A stretch of 64,000 bases of DNA from an uncultured Pelagibacteraceae bacterium (GTDB lineage: Bacteria; Pseudomonadota; Alphaproteobacteria; Pelagibacterales; Pelagibacteraceae), in the NCBI GenBank assembly GCA_902604035.1, contig CACKXG010000002.1:2281-66280 (forward strand). Direction: 5' to 3'. The notes under the pieces are model-generated. The model worked only from the letters and a program-made list of their open reading frames with translations. It searched no databases and was not told the origin of the DNA. This document shows, piece by piece, positions 14,345 through 27,647 of the stretch. Numbering within the stretch: the first letter of the stretch is position 1; every line of letters starts with the position of its first letter. Position numbers and translations under genes: made by a program.

Positions 14345-17300
14345 ATGCAATTATCTTTTACTGAAAAGAAAAATATAAGAAAAAGTTTTGGCAAACTTAA
14401 AGAAAGTTTGTCAATTCCTAACTTAATTGAAGTACAAAAAAATTCTTATAAAGAATTAACAGAATTTAATGCTGAAACAGCTGAACTTACCAAAGGTTTT
14501 GATAGAGTTTTTAAAAGTATTTTTCCTATTGAAGATTTAAATGACAAAGCAACTTTAGAATATGTTTCATATAGATTAGAGAAACCAAAATTTGATGTTG
14601 AAGAATGTATAGCAAGAGGTCTTACATATTCATCAGCTCTTAAGTGTACTTTAAGATTAGTAGTTTATGAAATAGATCAAGAAAATAATACAAAAGATAT
14701 TTTATCAGCTAAAGAGCAAGAAGTATATATGGGTGAAGTTCCTATGATGACTAATAGTGGAACTTTTATAACTAACGGTGTTCAAAGAGTTGTAGTAAAC
14801 CAAATGCACAGAAGTCCAGGTGTATTTTTTGATCATGATAAAGGAAAAACTCATGCAAGTGGTAAACTTTTATTTAATTGTAGAGTAATACCTAATAGAG
14901 GCTCATGGTTAGATTTTGAATATGATGTTAAGGATTTTCTATATTTTAAAATTGATAGAAAAAAGAAAATTTTTTCATCCACTTTATTATTAGCTTTAGG
15001 TTATACAAAATCAGAAATTGTGGATGAGTTCTATGAAAGTGAACAGTATACTTTTGATGCAAAAACTGAAAAGTGGAAAACTAAATTTAATCCTGAAAAC
15101 TACAAAGCAAAAAATTTCTCAGAAGAAGTAATTGACGCAAAAACTGGTGAAGTTGTAATTAAATTAGGAGACAAGATTAATTTTTTAAGTGCAAAAAAAT
15201 TAGCTAATGATGGTTTGAAAGATATACTAGTTTCTAGAGAGTCCTTGTTTGGCAAATTTTTACACAGAGATGTAAAAGTTAATGAAGAAGAAGATGGTGT
15301 AATTAAAATTGGGACTGAATTAAATGATACAATAATTCAACAAATTTTAGATGCAAATATACATACACTTCAAATTTCTGTTACAAACTCTATAAATAAA
15401 GGACCTTACCTACTTACAACTATTTTAGCTGATAAAAATAATACTAAAGATGAAGCTATAACAGAAATTTATAAAATGCTAAGACCTGGAGAGCCACCAA
15501 CCATAGAGATAGCAACTCAAATATTTAATAATCTTTTCTTTAGCTCAGACAGATATGATTTGTCTGATGTTGGAAGAGTTAAAATGAACTCAAGATTAAA
15601 CCAAGAATGTTCTGATAAAATTACCATATTAAGAAATGACGATATCATAGCAATTATTCATAAAATGTTGGATTTACGTGATGGTAAAGATGATGTCGAT
15701 GACATTGATCACTTAGGAAATAGAAGAGTTCGTTCTGTTGGAGAGCTAGTTGAGAACCAAGCTAGAATTGGTGTTTACAGAATGGAAAGAGCAATTAAGG
15801 AAAAAATGACAACTTTAGATGTTGAGTCAGCAATGCCACAAGATCTAATTAATGCAAAACCATTAACAGTTTCATTAAAAGATTTTTTTGCAAGTTCACA
15901 ACTATCTCAGTTTATGGATCAAACAAATCCTTTATCTGAAATTACTCATAAAAGAAGAGTTTCAGCGTTAGGTCCGGGTGGTTTAACAAGAGAAAGAGCA
16001 GGTTTTGAAGTCAGGGACGTCCATCCAACTCACTATGGAAGAATTTGTCCAATAGAAACACCAGAGGGTCCAAACATTGGTTTGATTAATAGTTTATCCA
16101 CTTATGCAAAAATTAATAAGTATGGATTTATTGAAAGTCCATATAAAAAAGTCAAAGACGGTGTTGTTCAAGATAAAGTCGAATACTTATCAGCAATGGA
16201 AGAAACAAAATTCACTATTGCTCAAGCAAATACAAAACTTGATAAAAATGGAAAAATTACTGAAGAACTAGTTTCATGCAGACAAAATCTAAACTTTCTT
16301 TTAGCTAAACCTGACTCTATTGATTATATTGACGTTTCACCAAAACAATTAGTTTCAGTTGCAGCATCATTAATACCATTCTTAGAAAATGATGATGCAA
16401 ACAGAGCCTTAATGGGATCAAACATGATGAGACAGGCAGTTCCACTATTAAAACCTGAGTCGCCACTTGTTGGTACAGGTATTGAAAGTGATGTTGCTTT
16501 AGACTCTGGTGTAACTATTGTTGCTAAGCGTGACGGAATTGTTGATAAAATAGATGGTAAAAGAATTGTTATAAAAGTAACAGAAGAAACAGATTTTAGT
16601 AAGTCTGGTGTAGACATCTATAACCTTCAAAAATTTAAAAGATCAAACCAAAATACTTGTATAAATCAAAGACCGCTAGTTAGAGTTGGTGATAAAGTTA
16701 AATCTGGAGATATCATTGCCGACGGTCCTTCAACGAAATTAGGTGAACTTGCCTTAGGTAAGAATGTTACAGTAGCTTTCATGCCGTGGCAAGGTTACAA
16801 CTTTGAAGACTCGATCCTTATTTCAGAAAGATGTGTTACAGATGACGTATTTACATCTGTTCATATTGTTGAATACGAAATAATGGCGAGAGATACAAAG
16901 CTTGGTGAAGAAGAAATAACAAGAGATATACCAAATGTGAATGAAGAGGCTTTAAAAAACCTTGATGAATCAGGAATAGTGTATATTGGTGCGGAGGTAA
17001 ATGCTGGAGATATTTTAGTAGGTAAAGTTACTCCAAAAGGAGACTCAGCATCTGGTCCAGAAGAAAAATTATTAAGATCAATTTTTGGAGAAAAAGCTAT
17101 TGATGTAACTGATACATCTTTAAGAATGTCTAGAGGATCAAGTGGAACAGTAGTTGATGTAAGAGTATTCAATAGACATGGAATTGAGAAAGACGAAAGA
17201 TCAATAACTATTGAAAGAGCTGAAATTGAGCAAGTTCAACAGGATAAAATTGTTGAGGAAGAAATATTAGAAAGAAGTATTAAACAAAGAGCTTCACAAT

Positions 17301-18433
17301 TCCTGTCAGGATCATCTTTAACTAAAAAAGTAAAAGATTTATCAGAAGGAACTAAGTTAGATTTTGATACTATTAATACATTATCAATTAATGATGTTTT
17401 CAAAATCACAGTAGGAAATGTAAATGACGAAGCAACATTAGCTCAATTAAAAGATCAATATAATAAAGCGAAACAAGACATAACCGAGAGATTTGAAGAT
17501 AAAGTTTTAAAAATTAGAAGTGGTGATGATTTATTACCAAGTGTTATGAAAATGGTAAAAGTATTCGTTGCAATCAAAAGAAGATTAAGACCTGGTGATA
17601 AAATGTCTGGAAGACACGGAAATAAAGGAGTCGTAAGTAAGATTGTACCTGTTGAAGATATGCCTTACAGAGAAGACGGCAGACCGGTTGACATTGTATT
17701 AAATCCTCTTGGTGTTCCAAGTAGGATGAATGTTGGACAGATTTTAGAGACACATTTAGGTTGGGCATGTAAAGAATTTGGTGAACAAGTTAAAAATTTA
17801 GTAAACGAAAATAACAAAAAAATTGAAAGAACAGAAAAAATCGAAAAGTTCTTAAAATCTGTTTATGGAGAAGAAATTTTCAACGAAAAAGTAGATAAAT
17901 TAAGCAAGAGTGAATTTAAGGATCTTTGTGAAAATTTACAAAATGGTATCGCAATCTCAACACCTGTTTTTGATGGTGCTAAAGAAAAAAATGTTACTGA
18001 GATGCTTGAACTAGCAAATCTACCAGGATCAGGACAAACTTATTTATGGGATGGAAGAACGGGAGAGAAATTTGATAGACCGGTTACTGTTGGAATAATT
18101 TACATGTTAAAACTTCATCACTTAGTTGAAGATAAAATTCATGCAAGATCCACAGGACCTTACAGTTTGGTTACACAACAACCACTTGGTGGTAAAGCAC
18201 AGTTAGGCGGTCAAAGATTTGGTGAAATGGAAGTATGGGCACTTGAGGCATATGGTGCATCATATACATTACAAGAAATTTTAACTGTTAAATCCGATGA
18301 CGTCGCTGGAAGAGTTAAAGTTTATGAGACTATAGTTAAAGGTGAAGAAAACTTTGAGTCAGGTATACCAGAGTCATTTAACGTTTTAGTTAAAGAGATT
18401 AAATCATTAGCATTAAATGTGGAGCTTAATTAA
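14345..18433 (+). CDS. rpoB: RNA polymerase beta subunit
   Basis: [30 protein letters not shown] and GGQRFGEME motifs. Confidence 0.99.
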   Translation: MQLSFTEKKNIRKSFGKLKESLSIPNLIEVQKNSYKELTEFNAETAELTKGFDRVFKSIFPIEDLNDKATLEYVSYRLEKPKFDVEECIARGLTYSSALKCTLRLVVYEIDQENNTKDILSAKEQEVYMGEVPMMTNSGTFITNGVQRVVVNQMHRSPGVFFDHDKGKTHASGKLLFNCRVIPNRGSWLDFEYDVKDFLYFKIDRKKKIFSSTLLLALGYTKSEIVDEFYESEQYTFDAKTEKWKTKFNPENYKAKNFSEEVIDAKTGEVVIKLGDKINFLSAKKLANDGLKDILVSRESLFGKFLHRDVKVNEEEDGVIKIGTELNDTIIQQILDANIHTLQISVTNSINKGPYLLTTILADKNNTKDEAITEIYKMLRPGEPPTIEIATQIFNNLFFSSDRYDLSDVGRVKMNSRLNQECSDKITILRNDDIIAIIHKMLDLRDGKDDVDDIDHLGNRRVRSVGELVENQARIGVYRMERAIKEKMTTLDVESAMPQDLINAKPLTVSLKDFFASSQLSQFMDQTNPLSEITHKRRVSALGPGGLTRERAGFEVRDVHPTHYGRICPIETPEGPNIGLINSLSTYAKINKYGFIESPYKKVKDGVVQDKVEYLSAMEETKFTIAQANTKLDKNGKITEELVSCRQNLNFLLAKPDSIDYIDVSPKQLVSVAASLIPFLENDDANRALMGSNMMRQAVPLLKPESPLVGTGIESDVALDSGVTIVAKRDGIVDKIDGKRIVIKVTEETDFSKSGVDIYNLQKFKRSNQNTCINQRPLVRVGDKVKSGDIIADGPSTKLGELALGKNVTVAFMPWQGYNFEDSILISERCVTDDVFTSVHIVEYEIMARDTKLGEEEITRDIPNVNEEALKNLDESGIVYIGAEVNAGDILVGKVTPKGDSASGPEEKLLRSIFGEKAIDVTDTSLRMSRGSSGTVVDVRVFNRHGIEKDERSITIERAEIEQVQQDKIVEEEILERSIKQRASQFLSGSSLTKKVKDLSEGTKLDFDTINTLSINDVFKITVGNVNDEATLAQLKDQYNKAKQDITERFEDKVLKIRSGDDLLPSVMKMVKVFVAIKRRLRPGDKMSGRHGNKGVVSKIVPVEDMPYREDGRPVDIVLNPLGVPSRMNVGQILETHLGWACKEFGEQVKNLVNENNKKIERTEKIEKFLKSVYGEEIFNEKVDKLSKSEFKDLCENLQNGIAISTPVFDGAKEKNVTEMLELANLPGSGQTYLWDGRTGEKFDRPVTVGIIYMLKLHHLVEDKIHARSTGPYSLVTQQPLGGKAQLGGQRFGEMEVWALEAYGASYTLQEILTVKSDDVAGRVKVYETIVKGEENFESGIPESFNVLVKEIKSLALNVELN

Positions 18434-21400
18434 TGAAAAAAGAATTAACAGATCTATTTAAGGGCAGCGAAATTTCAGAAGCTCAAAATTTTAATAGCAT
18501 TAAAATTTCACTTGCTAGCCCAGAGAAAATTAAATCTTGGACATTTGGTGAGATTAAAAAGCCTGAAACAATTAATTATAGAACGTTCAGACCTGAAAAA
18601 GATGGTTTATTTTGTGCAAGGATTTTTGGACCAATAAAAGATTATGAGTGTTTATGCGGTAAGTATAAACGAATGAAATTTAGAGGAATTATCTGTGAGA
18701 AATGTGGTGTTGAGGTTACAAAATCAAATGTAAGAAGAGAAAGAATGGGCCACATTAATCTTGCTACACCAGTAGCACATATTTGGTTCTTAAAGTCTCT
18801 TCCAAGCAGAATTGCTTTGGCAGTAGACATGAAATTAAAAGAAATAGAGAGAGTTCTTTATTTTGAAAACTTTATAGTAATAGAACCTGGTTTAACTGGT
18901 TTACAAAAAAATCAACTCTTAAATGAGGAAGAATTAGCAAAATACCAGGATGAGTTTGGTGAAGAAAGTTTTACAGCGGGAATAGGAGCAGAAGCTGTTC
19001 TTGAGATGCTGAAAAATTTAGATTTAGAATTAGAAAGAAAAAATCTTGTTAGCTTTATTAAAGAAACCAAATCAAAAGTTAACGAAGAAAGAGCAATTAA
19101 AAGATTAAAATTAATAGAGTCATTTATCGAAACAGGTCAAAAACCTGAGTGGATGATTATGACTGTTGTACCAGTTATACCACCAGAATTAAGACCATTA
19201 GTTCCTCTTGATGGTGGAAGATTTGCTACTTCAGATCTTAACGATTTATACAGAAGAGTAATTAACAGAAATAATAGATTAAAAAGATTAATGGATCTTA
19301 AAGCTCCAGATATCATTGTAAGAAATGAAAAAAGAATGCTTCAAGAGTCTGTAGATGCTCTATTTGATAACGGTAGAAGAGGTAGGGTAATAACAGGAAC
19401 AGGTAAGCGACCACTTAAATCTCTTGCTGAAATGTTAAAAGGTAAACAAGGAAGATTTAGACAAAATTTATTAGGTAAACGAGTTGATTATTCTGGAAGA
19501 TCAGTAATCGTTGTCGGTCCTGATCTAAAATTACATGAGTGTGGTTTACCGAAAAAAATGGCTCTTGAGTTATTTAAACCATTTTTATATGCAAGATTAA
19601 ATAAATTAGGCTTAGCTTCAACAATTAAACAAGCTAAAAAATTAGTTGAAAAAGAAACAAATGCAGTTTGGGATGCTTTAGAATTAATAGTTAGAGAGCA
19701 TCCGGTACTTTTAAATAGAGCACCAACACTTCATAGGCTCGGAGTTCAAGCGTTTGAGCCAAAATTAATTGAAGGAGATGCAATTGAATTACACCCTTTA
19801 ACTTGTGCAGCATTTAACGCTGACTTTGATGGTGACCAAATGGCAGTTCACGTTCCATTAAGTTTAGAAGCTCAATTAGAAGCAAGAATATTAATGTTAT
19901 CTACAAATAATATTCTTTCTCCATCAAATGGTAAACCAATTATTGTTCCGAGTCAGGATATGATTTTAGGAATCTACTATCTGTCACAAGAACCTATATC
20001 TGATAAACCAGCAGGATACTTTACAAACTCAGATCAAATTGAATTTGCATTATCATCTGGCCAAATAAATGTACATAGCACTATCATTTCAAGATTTGAA
20101 ACTGTAGATGATCAAGGTAATAAAAAAATGGAAAAATACACTTCTACAGCTGGAAGATTTTTATTAGCAAATTTATTACCTAAAAATAGAAACATTAAGT
20201 TCTCTTTAGTAGATAGATTATTACCTAAAAAAGTAGTTTCAGAAATAATTGATGTTGTTTTTAGATTTTGTGGTCAAAAAACAACTGTAATTTTCTGTGA
20301 CAAGCTTAAAGATTTAGGATTTAAACACGCATTTAAAGCAGGAATTTCGTTTGGAAAAGACGATCTTGTAATCCCTGAAAATAAAACTCAATTAATTGAT
20401 GATACTAAGAAATTAATTGCAGATTATGAAACTCAATATGCTGAAGGTTTAATTACAAGAGGCGAAAAATACAACAAAGTTGTTGATGCTTGGTCTAAGT
20501 GTACAGATAAAGTTGCTGGAGAAATGATGAAAGGAATTTCAGCTACAGAAAAAACTGATGAAGGATTGAAAATAAATTCTGTATTTATGATGGCAGACAG
20601 TGGAGCGAGAGGATCTGCTGCTCAAATGAAACAATTAGCTGGTATGAGAGGTTTGATTGCTAAACCTTCAGGTGAAATTATTGAAAGCCCAATTATCTCA
20701 AACTTTAAAGAGGGATTAACTGCTTTGGAGTATTTCAACTCAACACACGGAGCTAGAAAAGGTTTAGCAGATACAGCGCTTAAAACAGCTAGTTCTGGAT
20801 ATTTAACGAGAAGACTTTGCGATGTAGCTCAAGATTTAACTGTTACCAAAAAAGCTTGTGACTGTAAAAATCCAGGATTTATCGAACTCTCTGAAATTTT
20901 AGAAGGTGGTAATGTAGTAGTAAGCCTTTCTGAAAGAGCGCTTGGTAGAGTTACATTTGATGAGATTAAACATCCTTTAACTGGTGAAGTAATAATCAAA
21001 AAACAAACCATGATCGATGAGGCTGGATGTGATAAAATTGATGCTGCAGGTGTAAAATCAATAAAAGTTTACTCAGTAATGACTTGTGGTTCAAAAGAAG
21101 GTGTTTGTGCTACTTCTTACGGAAGAGATTTATCTAGAGGTAAAATGGTTCATGTTGGTGAAGCTATTGGAATGATTTCTGCACAGTCAATCGGTGAACC
21201 AGGAACACAGTTAACAATGAGAACTTTCCACGTAGGTGGAACTGCCTCTGTTAAACAGGACTCACAAATTGTAACTAAAAATGAAGGAACATTAAAAATT
21301 ATAAACTCAAATATATTAGAGGACTCTAAAAAGAATTTAATTGTAATGGGTAGAAATACTCAGCTTTCAATTGAGGATGATAATGGAGTTCAAATTGCAG

Positions 21401-22611
21401 TTTATAAAGTTGCATATGGATCAAGATTATTTTTTAATAACGGTGATAAAGTAAAAGCGAATACTAAGATATGTGAATGGGATCCTTACACAACACCAGT
21501 TATAGCAGAGAAAAGTGGTACAGCTAGTTATGTAGATCTAATTGATGGTGTTTCAATTCAAGAAACTACTGACGATGCAACAGGAATTTCTTCTAAATCA
21601 GTAATTGATTGGAGAGGTCAATCAAAAAGCACTGATTTAAAACCTAGAATTACTCTAAGAGATGAAAAAGGAAATGTGATTAAAAAAGCTGATGATAATG
21701 AGGCTAGATATTATTTAGTACCAGATTCGATTTTATCAATTAAAGACGGTCAAAAAGTTTATGCAGGTGACGTAATTGCAAGATTGCCAAAGGAAACTAC
21801 AAAAACAAAAGATATTACTGGAGGTCTTCCAAGAGTTGCTGAGTTATTTGAAGCTAGAAAAGCTAAGGATAGTGCAATCATTGCCGAAAATGATGGAAGT
21901 GTTGTTTTTGGTAAAGAGGTAAGAGGTAAACAAAGAGTATCTATTGTTCCTGAAGATGGATCAGAACCTTCAAATTATTTAATTCCAAAAGGTAAACATA
22001 TTAATTTCAACCCTGGTGAAAAAATTCAAAAAGGAGAATATCTTCTAGATGGCCAACCATTGCCACATGATATTTTAAGAATTTTAGGAATAAAAGAATT
22101 AACAGAATATTTTGTTAACCAAGTTCAAGAAGTCTATAGATTACAGGGTGTAATAATAAACGATAAACACATCGAAACTATCTTAAGACAAATGCTTAAA
22201 AAAGTTGAAGTTAAAGTATCAGGGGACTCAAGTTATTTACCTGGTGAAGTAGTTGACAGAATTAAGTTTGATAATACCAATGAAAAATTAGTAGCAGAGG
22301 GTAAAACACCAGCTGTTGGTGAGAGAGTTCTAATGGGTATCACTAAAGCTTCACTTCAAACTGAATCTTTTATTTCAGCAGCTTCGTTCCAAGAAACTAC
22401 AAGAGTACTAACCGATGCTGCAATTAAAGGAAAAGTTGATCCATTAAATGGTCTAAAAGAAAACGTAATTGTTGGAAGATTAGTTCCAGCAGGTACTGGT
22501 AATATTAAAAATAGATGGAACAACAAAGCTCTAGAAGATGATAATAACTTCTTAGCAGAGCAGGATAAAATAGAAGCTTCAGAACCTGAAGAAACACAGG
22601 CAAATCAGTAA
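18433..22611 (+). CDS. rpoC: RNA polymerase beta' subunit
   Basis: NADFDGD catalytic motif; N-terminal Zn finger. Confidence 0.99.
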   Translation: MKKELTDLFKGSEISEAQNFNSIKISLASPEKIKSWTFGEIKKPETINYRTFRPEKDGLFCARIFGPIKDYECLCGKYKRMKFRGIICEKCGVEVTKSNVRRERMGHINLATPVAHIWFLKSLPSRIALAVDMKLKEIERVLYFENFIVIEPGLTGLQKNQLLNEEELAKYQDEFGEESFTAGIGAEAVLEMLKNLDLELERKNLVSFIKETKSKVNEERAIKRLKLIESFIETGQKPEWMIMTVVPVIPPELRPLVPLDGGRFATSDLNDLYRRVINRNNRLKRLMDLKAPDIIVRNEKRMLQESVDALFDNGRRGRVITGTGKRPLKSLAEMLKGKQGRFRQNLLGKRVDYSGRSVIVVGPDLKLHECGLPKKMALELFKPFLYARLNKLGLASTIKQAKKLVEKETNAVWDALELIVREHPVLLNRAPTLHRLGVQAFEPKLIEGDAIELHPLTCAAFNADFDGDQMAVHVPLSLEAQLEARILMLSTNNILSPSNGKPIIVPSQDMILGIYYLSQEPISDKPAGYFTNSDQIEFALSSGQINVHSTIISRFETVDDQGNKKMEKYTSTAGRFLLANLLPKNRNIKFSLVDRLLPKKVVSEIIDVVFRFCGQKTTVIFCDKLKDLGFKHAFKAGISFGKDDLVIPENKTQLIDDTKKLIADYETQYAEGLITRGEKYNKVVDAWSKCTDKVAGEMMKGISATEKTDEGLKINSVFMMADSGARGSAAQMKQLAGMRGLIAKPSGEIIESPIISNFKEGLTALEYFNSTHGARKGLADTALKTASSGYLTRRLCDVAQDLTVTKKACDCKNPGFIELSEILEGGNVVVSLSERALGRVTFDEIKHPLTGEVIIKKQTMIDEAGCDKIDAAGVKSIKVYSVMTCGSKEGVCATSYGRDLSRGKMVHVGEAIGMISAQSIGEPGTQLTMRTFHVGGTASVKQDSQIVTKNEGTLKIINSNILEDSKKNLIVMGRNTQLSIEDDNGVQIAVYKVAYGSRLFFNNGDKVKANTKICEWDPYTTPVIAEKSGTASYVDLIDGVSIQETTDDATGISSKSVIDWRGQSKSTDLKPRITLRDEKGNVIKKADDNEARYYLVPDSILSIKDGQKVYAGDVIARLPKETTKTKDITGGLPRVAELFEARKAKDSAIIAENDGSVVFGKEVRGKQRVSIVPEDGSEPSNYLIPKGKHINFNPGEKIQKGEYLLDGQPLPHDILRILGIKELTEYFVNQVQEVYRLQGVIINDKHIETILRQMLKKVEVKVSGDSSYLPGEVVDRIKFDNTNEKLVAEGKTPAVGERVLMGITKASLQTESFISAASFQETTRVLTDAAIKGKVDPLNGLKENVIVGRLVPAGTGNIKNRWNNKALEDDNNFLAEQDKIEASEPEETQANQ

Positions 22612-22640
22612 AAAAATCGCCTAAAAATTGCAGTTTTAGT

Positions 22641-22668
22641 TTGACAAAGGGCTATTAATAAGTAATTT
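22641..22668 (+). promoter_or_regulatory. sigma70 promoter of the str operon
   Basis: TTGACA at 22641-22646 with TAATTT 16 bp downstream. Confidence 0.55.
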
Positions 22669-22720
22669 GGCGATGTTTTTGGTTGGAATGTAGTGCTTCT
22701 AACAGTACTAAACGCTGCCA
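22668..22720 (+). ncRNA. rpsL 5' leader structured RNA (cis-regulatory)
   Basis: Outer stem TGGCGATGTTT/AAACGCTGCCA and inner stem GTTGGAA/TTCTAAC; GC-enriched relative to flanks; I recall an rpsL leader motif being described for Pelagibacter, not checked here. Confidence 0.6.
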
Positions 22721-22778
22721 CAAAATAACCTGTCAGTTATTTTCATCTAAAAATAAAATAATTAATTTAAAAATATTT

Positions 22779-23150
22779 ATGCCAACTATTAATCAGTTGT
22801 TAAGAAAAAAAAGAGTGAAACCAGCAGCAAGGAATAAAGTTCCTGCTCTACAAAAACAACCCTTAAAGAGAGGTGTTTGTGTAAAAGTTTATACAACAAC
22901 TCCAAAGAAGCCAAACTCTGCATTAAGAAAAGTTGCTAGGGTTAGATTATCAAATGGATTTGAAGTTACAGCTTACATTCCTGGCGAAGGTCACAATCTA
23001 CAAGAACACTCAGTAGTACTGATTAGAGGTGGTAGGGTAAAAGATTTACCAGGAGTTCGTTATCATATTCTAAGAGGTAATCTAGATACGCAAGGTGTTG
23101 CAAACAGAAAACAAAGAAGATCTTTATACGGAACAAAAAAAGGTAAATAA
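22779..23150 (+). CDS. rpsL: 30S ribosomal protein S12
   Basis: MPTINQL start at 22779; PKKPNSA and RVKDLPG motifs. Confidence 0.99.
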   Translation: MPTINQLLRKKRVKPAARNKVPALQKQPLKRGVCVKVYTTTPKKPNSALRKVARVRLSNGFEVTAYIPGEGHNLQEHSVVLIRGGRVKDLPGVRYHILRGNLDTQGVANRKQRRSLYGTKKGK

Positions 23151-23620
23151 TGTCTAGAAAAAAAACTCAACCAAAAAAAAATGTAGTTCCAGATCCAAAA
23201 TTTAAATCAACTATCATTCCAAAACTAATCAACAATATCATGTATGACGGTAAAAGAGGTATTGCTGCTAAAATAGTTTATGACGCTATAGACAAAATTA
23301 AAACAAAAACAAAAGATGAGCCAATTAATATTTTTAATGAAGCAATTAATAATATCAAACCAACTGTAGAAGTTAGATCTAGAAGAGTAGGTGGTGCAAC
23401 TTATCAAGTTCCTGTTGAGGTAAAAAGTAAAAGAGCACAAGCCTTAGCAATTAGATGGTTAGTAGAATCAGCAAGAAAAAGAAAAGATAAACATATGGCA
23501 GATAAAATTTTTAATGAGCTTTATGATGCTTATGAAAAAAAAGGAGCTGCTGTTAAAAAAAGAGAGGATGTACATAAAATGGCAGAGTCTAACAAGGCAT
23601 TTGCTCATTTTAGGTGGTAA
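23150..23620 (+). CDS. rpsG: 30S ribosomal protein S7
   Basis: RRVGGATYQVP motif. Confidence 0.99.
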   Translation: MSRKKTQPKKNVVPDPKFKSTIIPKLINNIMYDGKRGIAAKIVYDAIDKIKTKTKDEPINIFNEAINNIKPTVEVRSRRVGGATYQVPVEVKSKRAQALAIRWLVESARKRKDKHMADKIFNELYDAYEKKGAAVKKREDVHKMAESNKAFAHFRW

Positions 23621-23626
23621 TAAGAT

Positions 23627-25705
23627 ATGGCTAGAACTCATTCATTAGATAAATATAGAAACATTGGGATCATGGCCCATATAGATGCTGGTAAAACAAC
23701 TACTACAGAAAGAATTTTATATTACACAGGTAAAAGTCATAAAATTGGTGAAGTGCACGATGGTGCAGCAACCATGGATTGGATGGAACAGGAACAAGAA
23801 AGAGGTATTACAATTACTTCTGCTGCAACAACTTGTTTTTGGAATGATCACAGAGTTAACATTATTGATACACCAGGCCACGTAGACTTTACTATTGAAG
23901 TAGAGAGATCTTTAAAAGTTTTAGATGGTGCCGTCGCTGTTTTTGATGGTGTAGCAGGTGTAGAACCACAATCTGAAACAGTATGGAGACAAGCAGATAA
24001 ATATAAAGTTCCAAGAATTTGTTTTGTAAATAAACTAGATAGAACAGGTGCTGATTTCTTTAGATGTGTTGACATGATTAAAGATAGATTAGGCGCAAAG
24101 CCATTAGTATTACAAGTTCCTATTGGAATTGAAGCCTCTTTAACTGGAGTTGTTGATTTAGTTAAAATGAAAGCTCAAGTTTGGAAAAATGAGGCATTAG
24201 GTGCTGAATGGGAATACAAAGATATTCCTGATGATCTTAAAGAAATTACTGAAAAATATAGAACAGAATTAGTCGAAACTGCTGTAGAGCAAGACGAAAA
24301 ATTAATGGAGTCTTATTTAAATGGAGAGGAAATTAAAGAGGAAGATTTAGTTAAGTGTATAAGAAAAGGAACATTGAATTTTAGTTTTGTTCCAGTTTTA
24401 ACTGGATCTGCCTTTAAAAACAAAGGTGTTCAGCCTTTACTAGATGCAGTTGTGAACTACCTGCCAAGTCCCGTTGATATTGGTTCAATTAAAGGAACAA
24501 AAGTTGGATCAGAAGATGAAATAGAAATGAAATTTGATGATGGTTCATCTTTTTCTGGTTTAGCATTTAAAGTTGCTAACGATCCTTTTGTAGGTTCTTT
24601 AACATTCGTTAGAATTTATTCTGGTACGATTAAGTCTGGAACTGCTGTATACAATTCTTCATCTGATAAGGAAGAAAGAGTTGGTCGTATGCTTTTAATG
24701 CATGCTAATTCAAGAGAAGATATTAAAGAGGCTAATGCAGGCGATATTGTTTCACTAGCAGGATTAAAAAATACTATGACTGGTCACACTTTATGTGACA
24801 AAGAAAATCCAGTTTTATTAGAGCCAATGGAATTCCCAGACCCAGTAATTGAAATTGCAGTAGAGCCAAAAACAAAAGGTGACCAAGAGAAAATGGGTGA
24901 AGCATTAGCAAGATTAGCTAAAGAGGATCCATCATTTAGAGTTTCTTCAGATGAAGAGTCGGGTCAAACAATCATTAAAGGTATGGGTGAACTTCACTTA
25001 GATATTATTGTTGATCGAATGAAAAGAGAATTCAAAGTTGAAGCAAACGTAGGTGCTCCACAAGTTGCATACAGAGAAACTATAGAAAAATCTGCTGAGT
25101 TTGAATACATACATAAAAAACAAAGTGGTGGTGCTGGTCAGTTTGCTAAGGTTAAATTATTTGTTGAACCTCAAGAACCAGGAAAAGGAAGAGAAGTTGA
25201 AAGTGCTATTAAAGGTGGAGCTATTCCAAAAGAATTCATTCCTGGTGTTGAAAAAGGCATTGAAACAGTCTCTGATAGTGGAATTTTGGCAGGTTTCCCA
25301 ATGATTGATTACAAAGTAACCATTGTTGATGGTTTACATCACGATGTTGACTCAAGTGTTTTAGCTTTTGAACTTGCAAGTAGGGCATGTTTTAAAGAAG
25401 CTTGTACTCAAGGTGGATTAAAACTTCTAGAACCAATTATGAGAGTAGAAGTTGTTACTCCAGAGGATTATATGGGAGATGTCATTGGTGATTTAAACAG
25501 TAGAAGAGGGCAAATTAGCACTCAAGAACAAAGAGGAAATGCAACTGTAATTACAGCCATGGTTCCTCTAGCCAATATGTTCGGTTACATTAATAATCTT
25601 AGATCAATGTCACAAGGAAGAGCACAATATTCAATGTTCTTTGACCATTATTCTAAAGTTCCTCAAAATGTTCAAGACGAAGTAACTAAAAAGGTAGCGG
25701 GATAA
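23627..25705 (+). CDS. fusA: Elongation factor G
   Basis: [17 protein letters not shown] and DTPGHVDF motifs. Confidence 0.99.
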   Translation: MARTHSLDKYRNIGIMAHIDAGKTTTTERILYYTGKSHKIGEVHDGAATMDWMEQEQERGITITSAATTCFWNDHRVNIIDTPGHVDFTIEVERSLKVLDGAVAVFDGVAGVEPQSETVWRQADKYKVPRICFVNKLDRTGADFFRCVDMIKDRLGAKPLVLQVPIGIEASLTGVVDLVKMKAQVWKNEALGAEWEYKDIPDDLKEITEKYRTELVETAVEQDEKLMESYLNGEEIKEEDLVKCIRKGTLNFSFVPVLTGSAFKNKGVQPLLDAVVNYLPSPVDIGSIKGTKVGSEDEIEMKFDDGSSFSGLAFKVANDPFVGSLTFVRIYSGTIKSGTAVYNSSSDKEERVGRMLLMHANSREDIKEANAGDIVSLAGLKNTMTGHTLCDKENPVLLEPMEFPDPVIEIAVEPKTKGDQEKMGEALARLAKEDPSFRVSSDEESGQTIIKGMGELHLDIIVDRMKREFKVEANVGAPQVAYRETIEKSAEFEYIHKKQSGGAGQFAKVKLFVEPQEPGKGREVESAIKGGAIPKEFIPGVEKGIETVSDSGILAGFPMIDYKVTIVDGLHHDVDSSVLAFELASRACFKEACTQGGLKLLEPIMRVEVVTPEDYMGDVIGDLNSRRGQISTQEQRGNATVITAMVPLANMFGYINNLRSMSQGRAQYSMFFDHYSKVPQNVQDEVTKKVAG

Positions 25706-26013
25706 TGGAAAAGCAAAACATAAGAATAAAACTAAGAGCGTACGATAATAAGGTTCTCGATGCCTCTACAGAGGAAATTGTAAATACAGTTAAAAGAACT
25801 GGAGCTACAATTAAAGGTCCTATTCCATTACCTACAAGAATTGAAAGATACACTGTATTAAGATCACCTCATATAGATAAGAAAAGTAGAGAACAGTTTG
25901 AATCAAGAACACACAAAAGATTAATAGATATCATAGAACCAACACCACAAACTGTAGAAGCTTTGATGAAACTTGATTTAGCTTCAGGTGTAGACGTGGA
26001 GATAAAAATTTAA
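25705..26013 (+). CDS. rpsJ: 30S ribosomal protein S10
   Basis: GPIPLPT and [12 protein letters not shown] motifs. Confidence 0.99.
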   Translation: MEKQNIRIKLRAYDNKVLDASTEEIVNTVKRTGATIKGPIPLPTRIERYTVLRSPHIDKKSREQFESRTHKRLIDIIEPTPQTVEALMKLDLASGVDVEIKI

Positions 26014-26015
26014 TC

Positions 26016-26726
26016 ATGAGTGAGATAGCTTTATTAGGAAAAAAAATAGGAATGACAAGAGAGTTCTATAAATCTGGCCAATTAGTTCCTGTGACTGTGC
26101 TTAAGATTGAAAAAGCTAGAGTTATTCAGGTTATTGAAGGGGAAAAAAGAGGATACAAAGCTGTTCAGCTTGGATATGGAAAAATTAAAAATTCAAAATT
26201 AACAAAAGCTATGAAAGGTGTTTTTGCTAAAAAAAATACTGAAGCTAAGAAAAAATTAAAAGAATTTAGAGTAAATGACACTTCTATTTACAAAGAAGGA
26301 AACGAGTTTGGTTTAGAAATATTTAAAGATATTAAATTTGTAGACACAAGATCAAAGACAATTGGTAAAGGTTTTGCAGGTGCTATGAAAAGACATAATT
26401 TTGGAGGTTTAAGAGCCAGCCATGGTGTTTCAATATCACACAGAGCACATGGTTCAACTGGCCATAGCCAAGATCCAGGAAAAGTTTTTAAAGGAAAAAA
26501 AATGGCTGGTCATATGGGTGACAAGCTAAGAACAATGCAAAATATTGAAATAATAAAAACGGACTTAGAAAATGAACTTCTTTACTTAAAAGGATCAATA
26601 CCTGGTTCAAAAAATTCTGAAGTAATGGTTAAAAAATCAGTAAAAAATATAAGCAAAATGACAATTGGTGAGAAACAAGCAGCTGCTGAAGAGGCTAAAA
26701 AAACACCTGAGAAAAAGAAAAAATAA
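26016..26726 (+). CDS. rplC: 50S ribosomal protein L3
   Basis: GKGFAGAMKRH and KGKKMAGHMG motifs. Confidence 0.98.
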   Translation: MSEIALLGKKIGMTREFYKSGQLVPVTVLKIEKARVIQVIEGEKRGYKAVQLGYGKIKNSKLTKAMKGVFAKKNTEAKKKLKEFRVNDTSIYKEGNEFGLEIFKDIKFVDTRSKTIGKGFAGAMKRHNFGGLRASHGVSISHRAHGSTGHSQDPGKVFKGKKMAGHMGDKLRTMQNIEIIKTDLENELLYLKGSIPGSKNSEVMVKKSVKNISKMTIGEKQAAAEEAKKTPEKKKK

Positions 26727-27349
26727 TGAAATTAGATAAAATTAGTATAGACGGAAAAAAAGATAGCATTGAAGTTTTGGATAAGATTTTTTCTGCAAAA
26801 ATTAACCATAAATTAGTTGGCGCTGTTCTTTATAAAACAAATGCTAATTACAAAGGAAGACACGCAAAAACTAAACAACAAAATGAAGTAAGAGGCCCAA
26901 CATCAAAAATATATGCTCAAAAGGGAACAGGTGGTGCAAGGCATGCAAGTAGAAAAGCTCCTATTTTCGTAGGTGGTGGTATAGCTCATGGACCAAAAGG
27001 AGAATTAGCTTATAAAAAAAGAAAATTAAACAAAACTGAGAAAAAACAAAGTGTAGCTTCACTAATTACAGAAAAAAATAATAATAAAAACTTATTAATC
27101 TTAAATGACTTTAGTTCAGAAATTAAAAAAACTAAAGAGATGAACTCAATTATTAATAAACTTGAAATTACAAATTCACTAATAATTCTAGATAAAAATT
27201 CAAAAGAAAAAATCGAAAAATCAGTAAGAAATATTCCAAATGTTAAGGTTACAGATGTAAATCATTTCAGTGCTTACGACATTATTAAATTTAAAAAAGT
27301 AGTTTTCACAGAAAGCTCTGTTAAAGAACTAGAAAAGAGATATTCATAA
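26726..27349 (+). CDS. rplD: 50S ribosomal protein L4
   Basis: QKGTGGAR and GGGIAHGP motifs. Confidence 0.98.
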   Translation: MKLDKISIDGKKDSIEVLDKIFSAKINHKLVGAVLYKTNANYKGRHAKTKQQNEVRGPTSKIYAQKGTGGARHASRKAPIFVGGGIAHGPKGELAYKKRKLNKTEKKQSVASLITEKNNNKNLLILNDFSSEIKKTKEMNSIINKLEITNSLIILDKNSKEKIEKSVRNIPNVKVTDVNHFSAYDIIKFKKVVFTESSVKELEKRYS

Positions 27350-27350
27350 A

Positions 27351-27644
27351 ATGGAAAAAATTCACTTATACGACAAAATTCTTTTTCCAGTGGTTACTGA
27401 GAAATCTACTAATTTATCAGAACTTAATAAAATTGTTTTTAAAGTTCCGGATGGAGCAAATAAGAAAAATTTAAAAAAGAATATAGAAAAAATATTTAAA
27501 GTTAATGTGACCAAGATAAATATTATAAAAAAACAAAACAGAACAAAACTTACCAGAGGTAGAAAAGTAAAAGTATCTGGTTATAAAAAAGCAATAATAA
27601 CTTTAAAAAAAGGTCAAAGTATTGATCTAACAACAGGAATTTAA
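27351..27644 (+). CDS. rplW: 50S ribosomal protein L23
   Basis: PVVTEKS and YKKAIITL motifs. Confidence 0.97.
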   Translation: MEKIHLYDKILFPVVTEKSTNLSELNKIVFKVPDGANKKNLKKNIEKIFKVNVTKINIIKKQNRTKLTRGRKVKVSGYKKAIITLKKGQSIDLTTGI

Positions 27645-27647
27645 TAA

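Noticed and set aside
22683-22778. N-terminal extension of S12
   Set aside because: Overlaps the structured leader; the canonical MPTINQL start is at 22779
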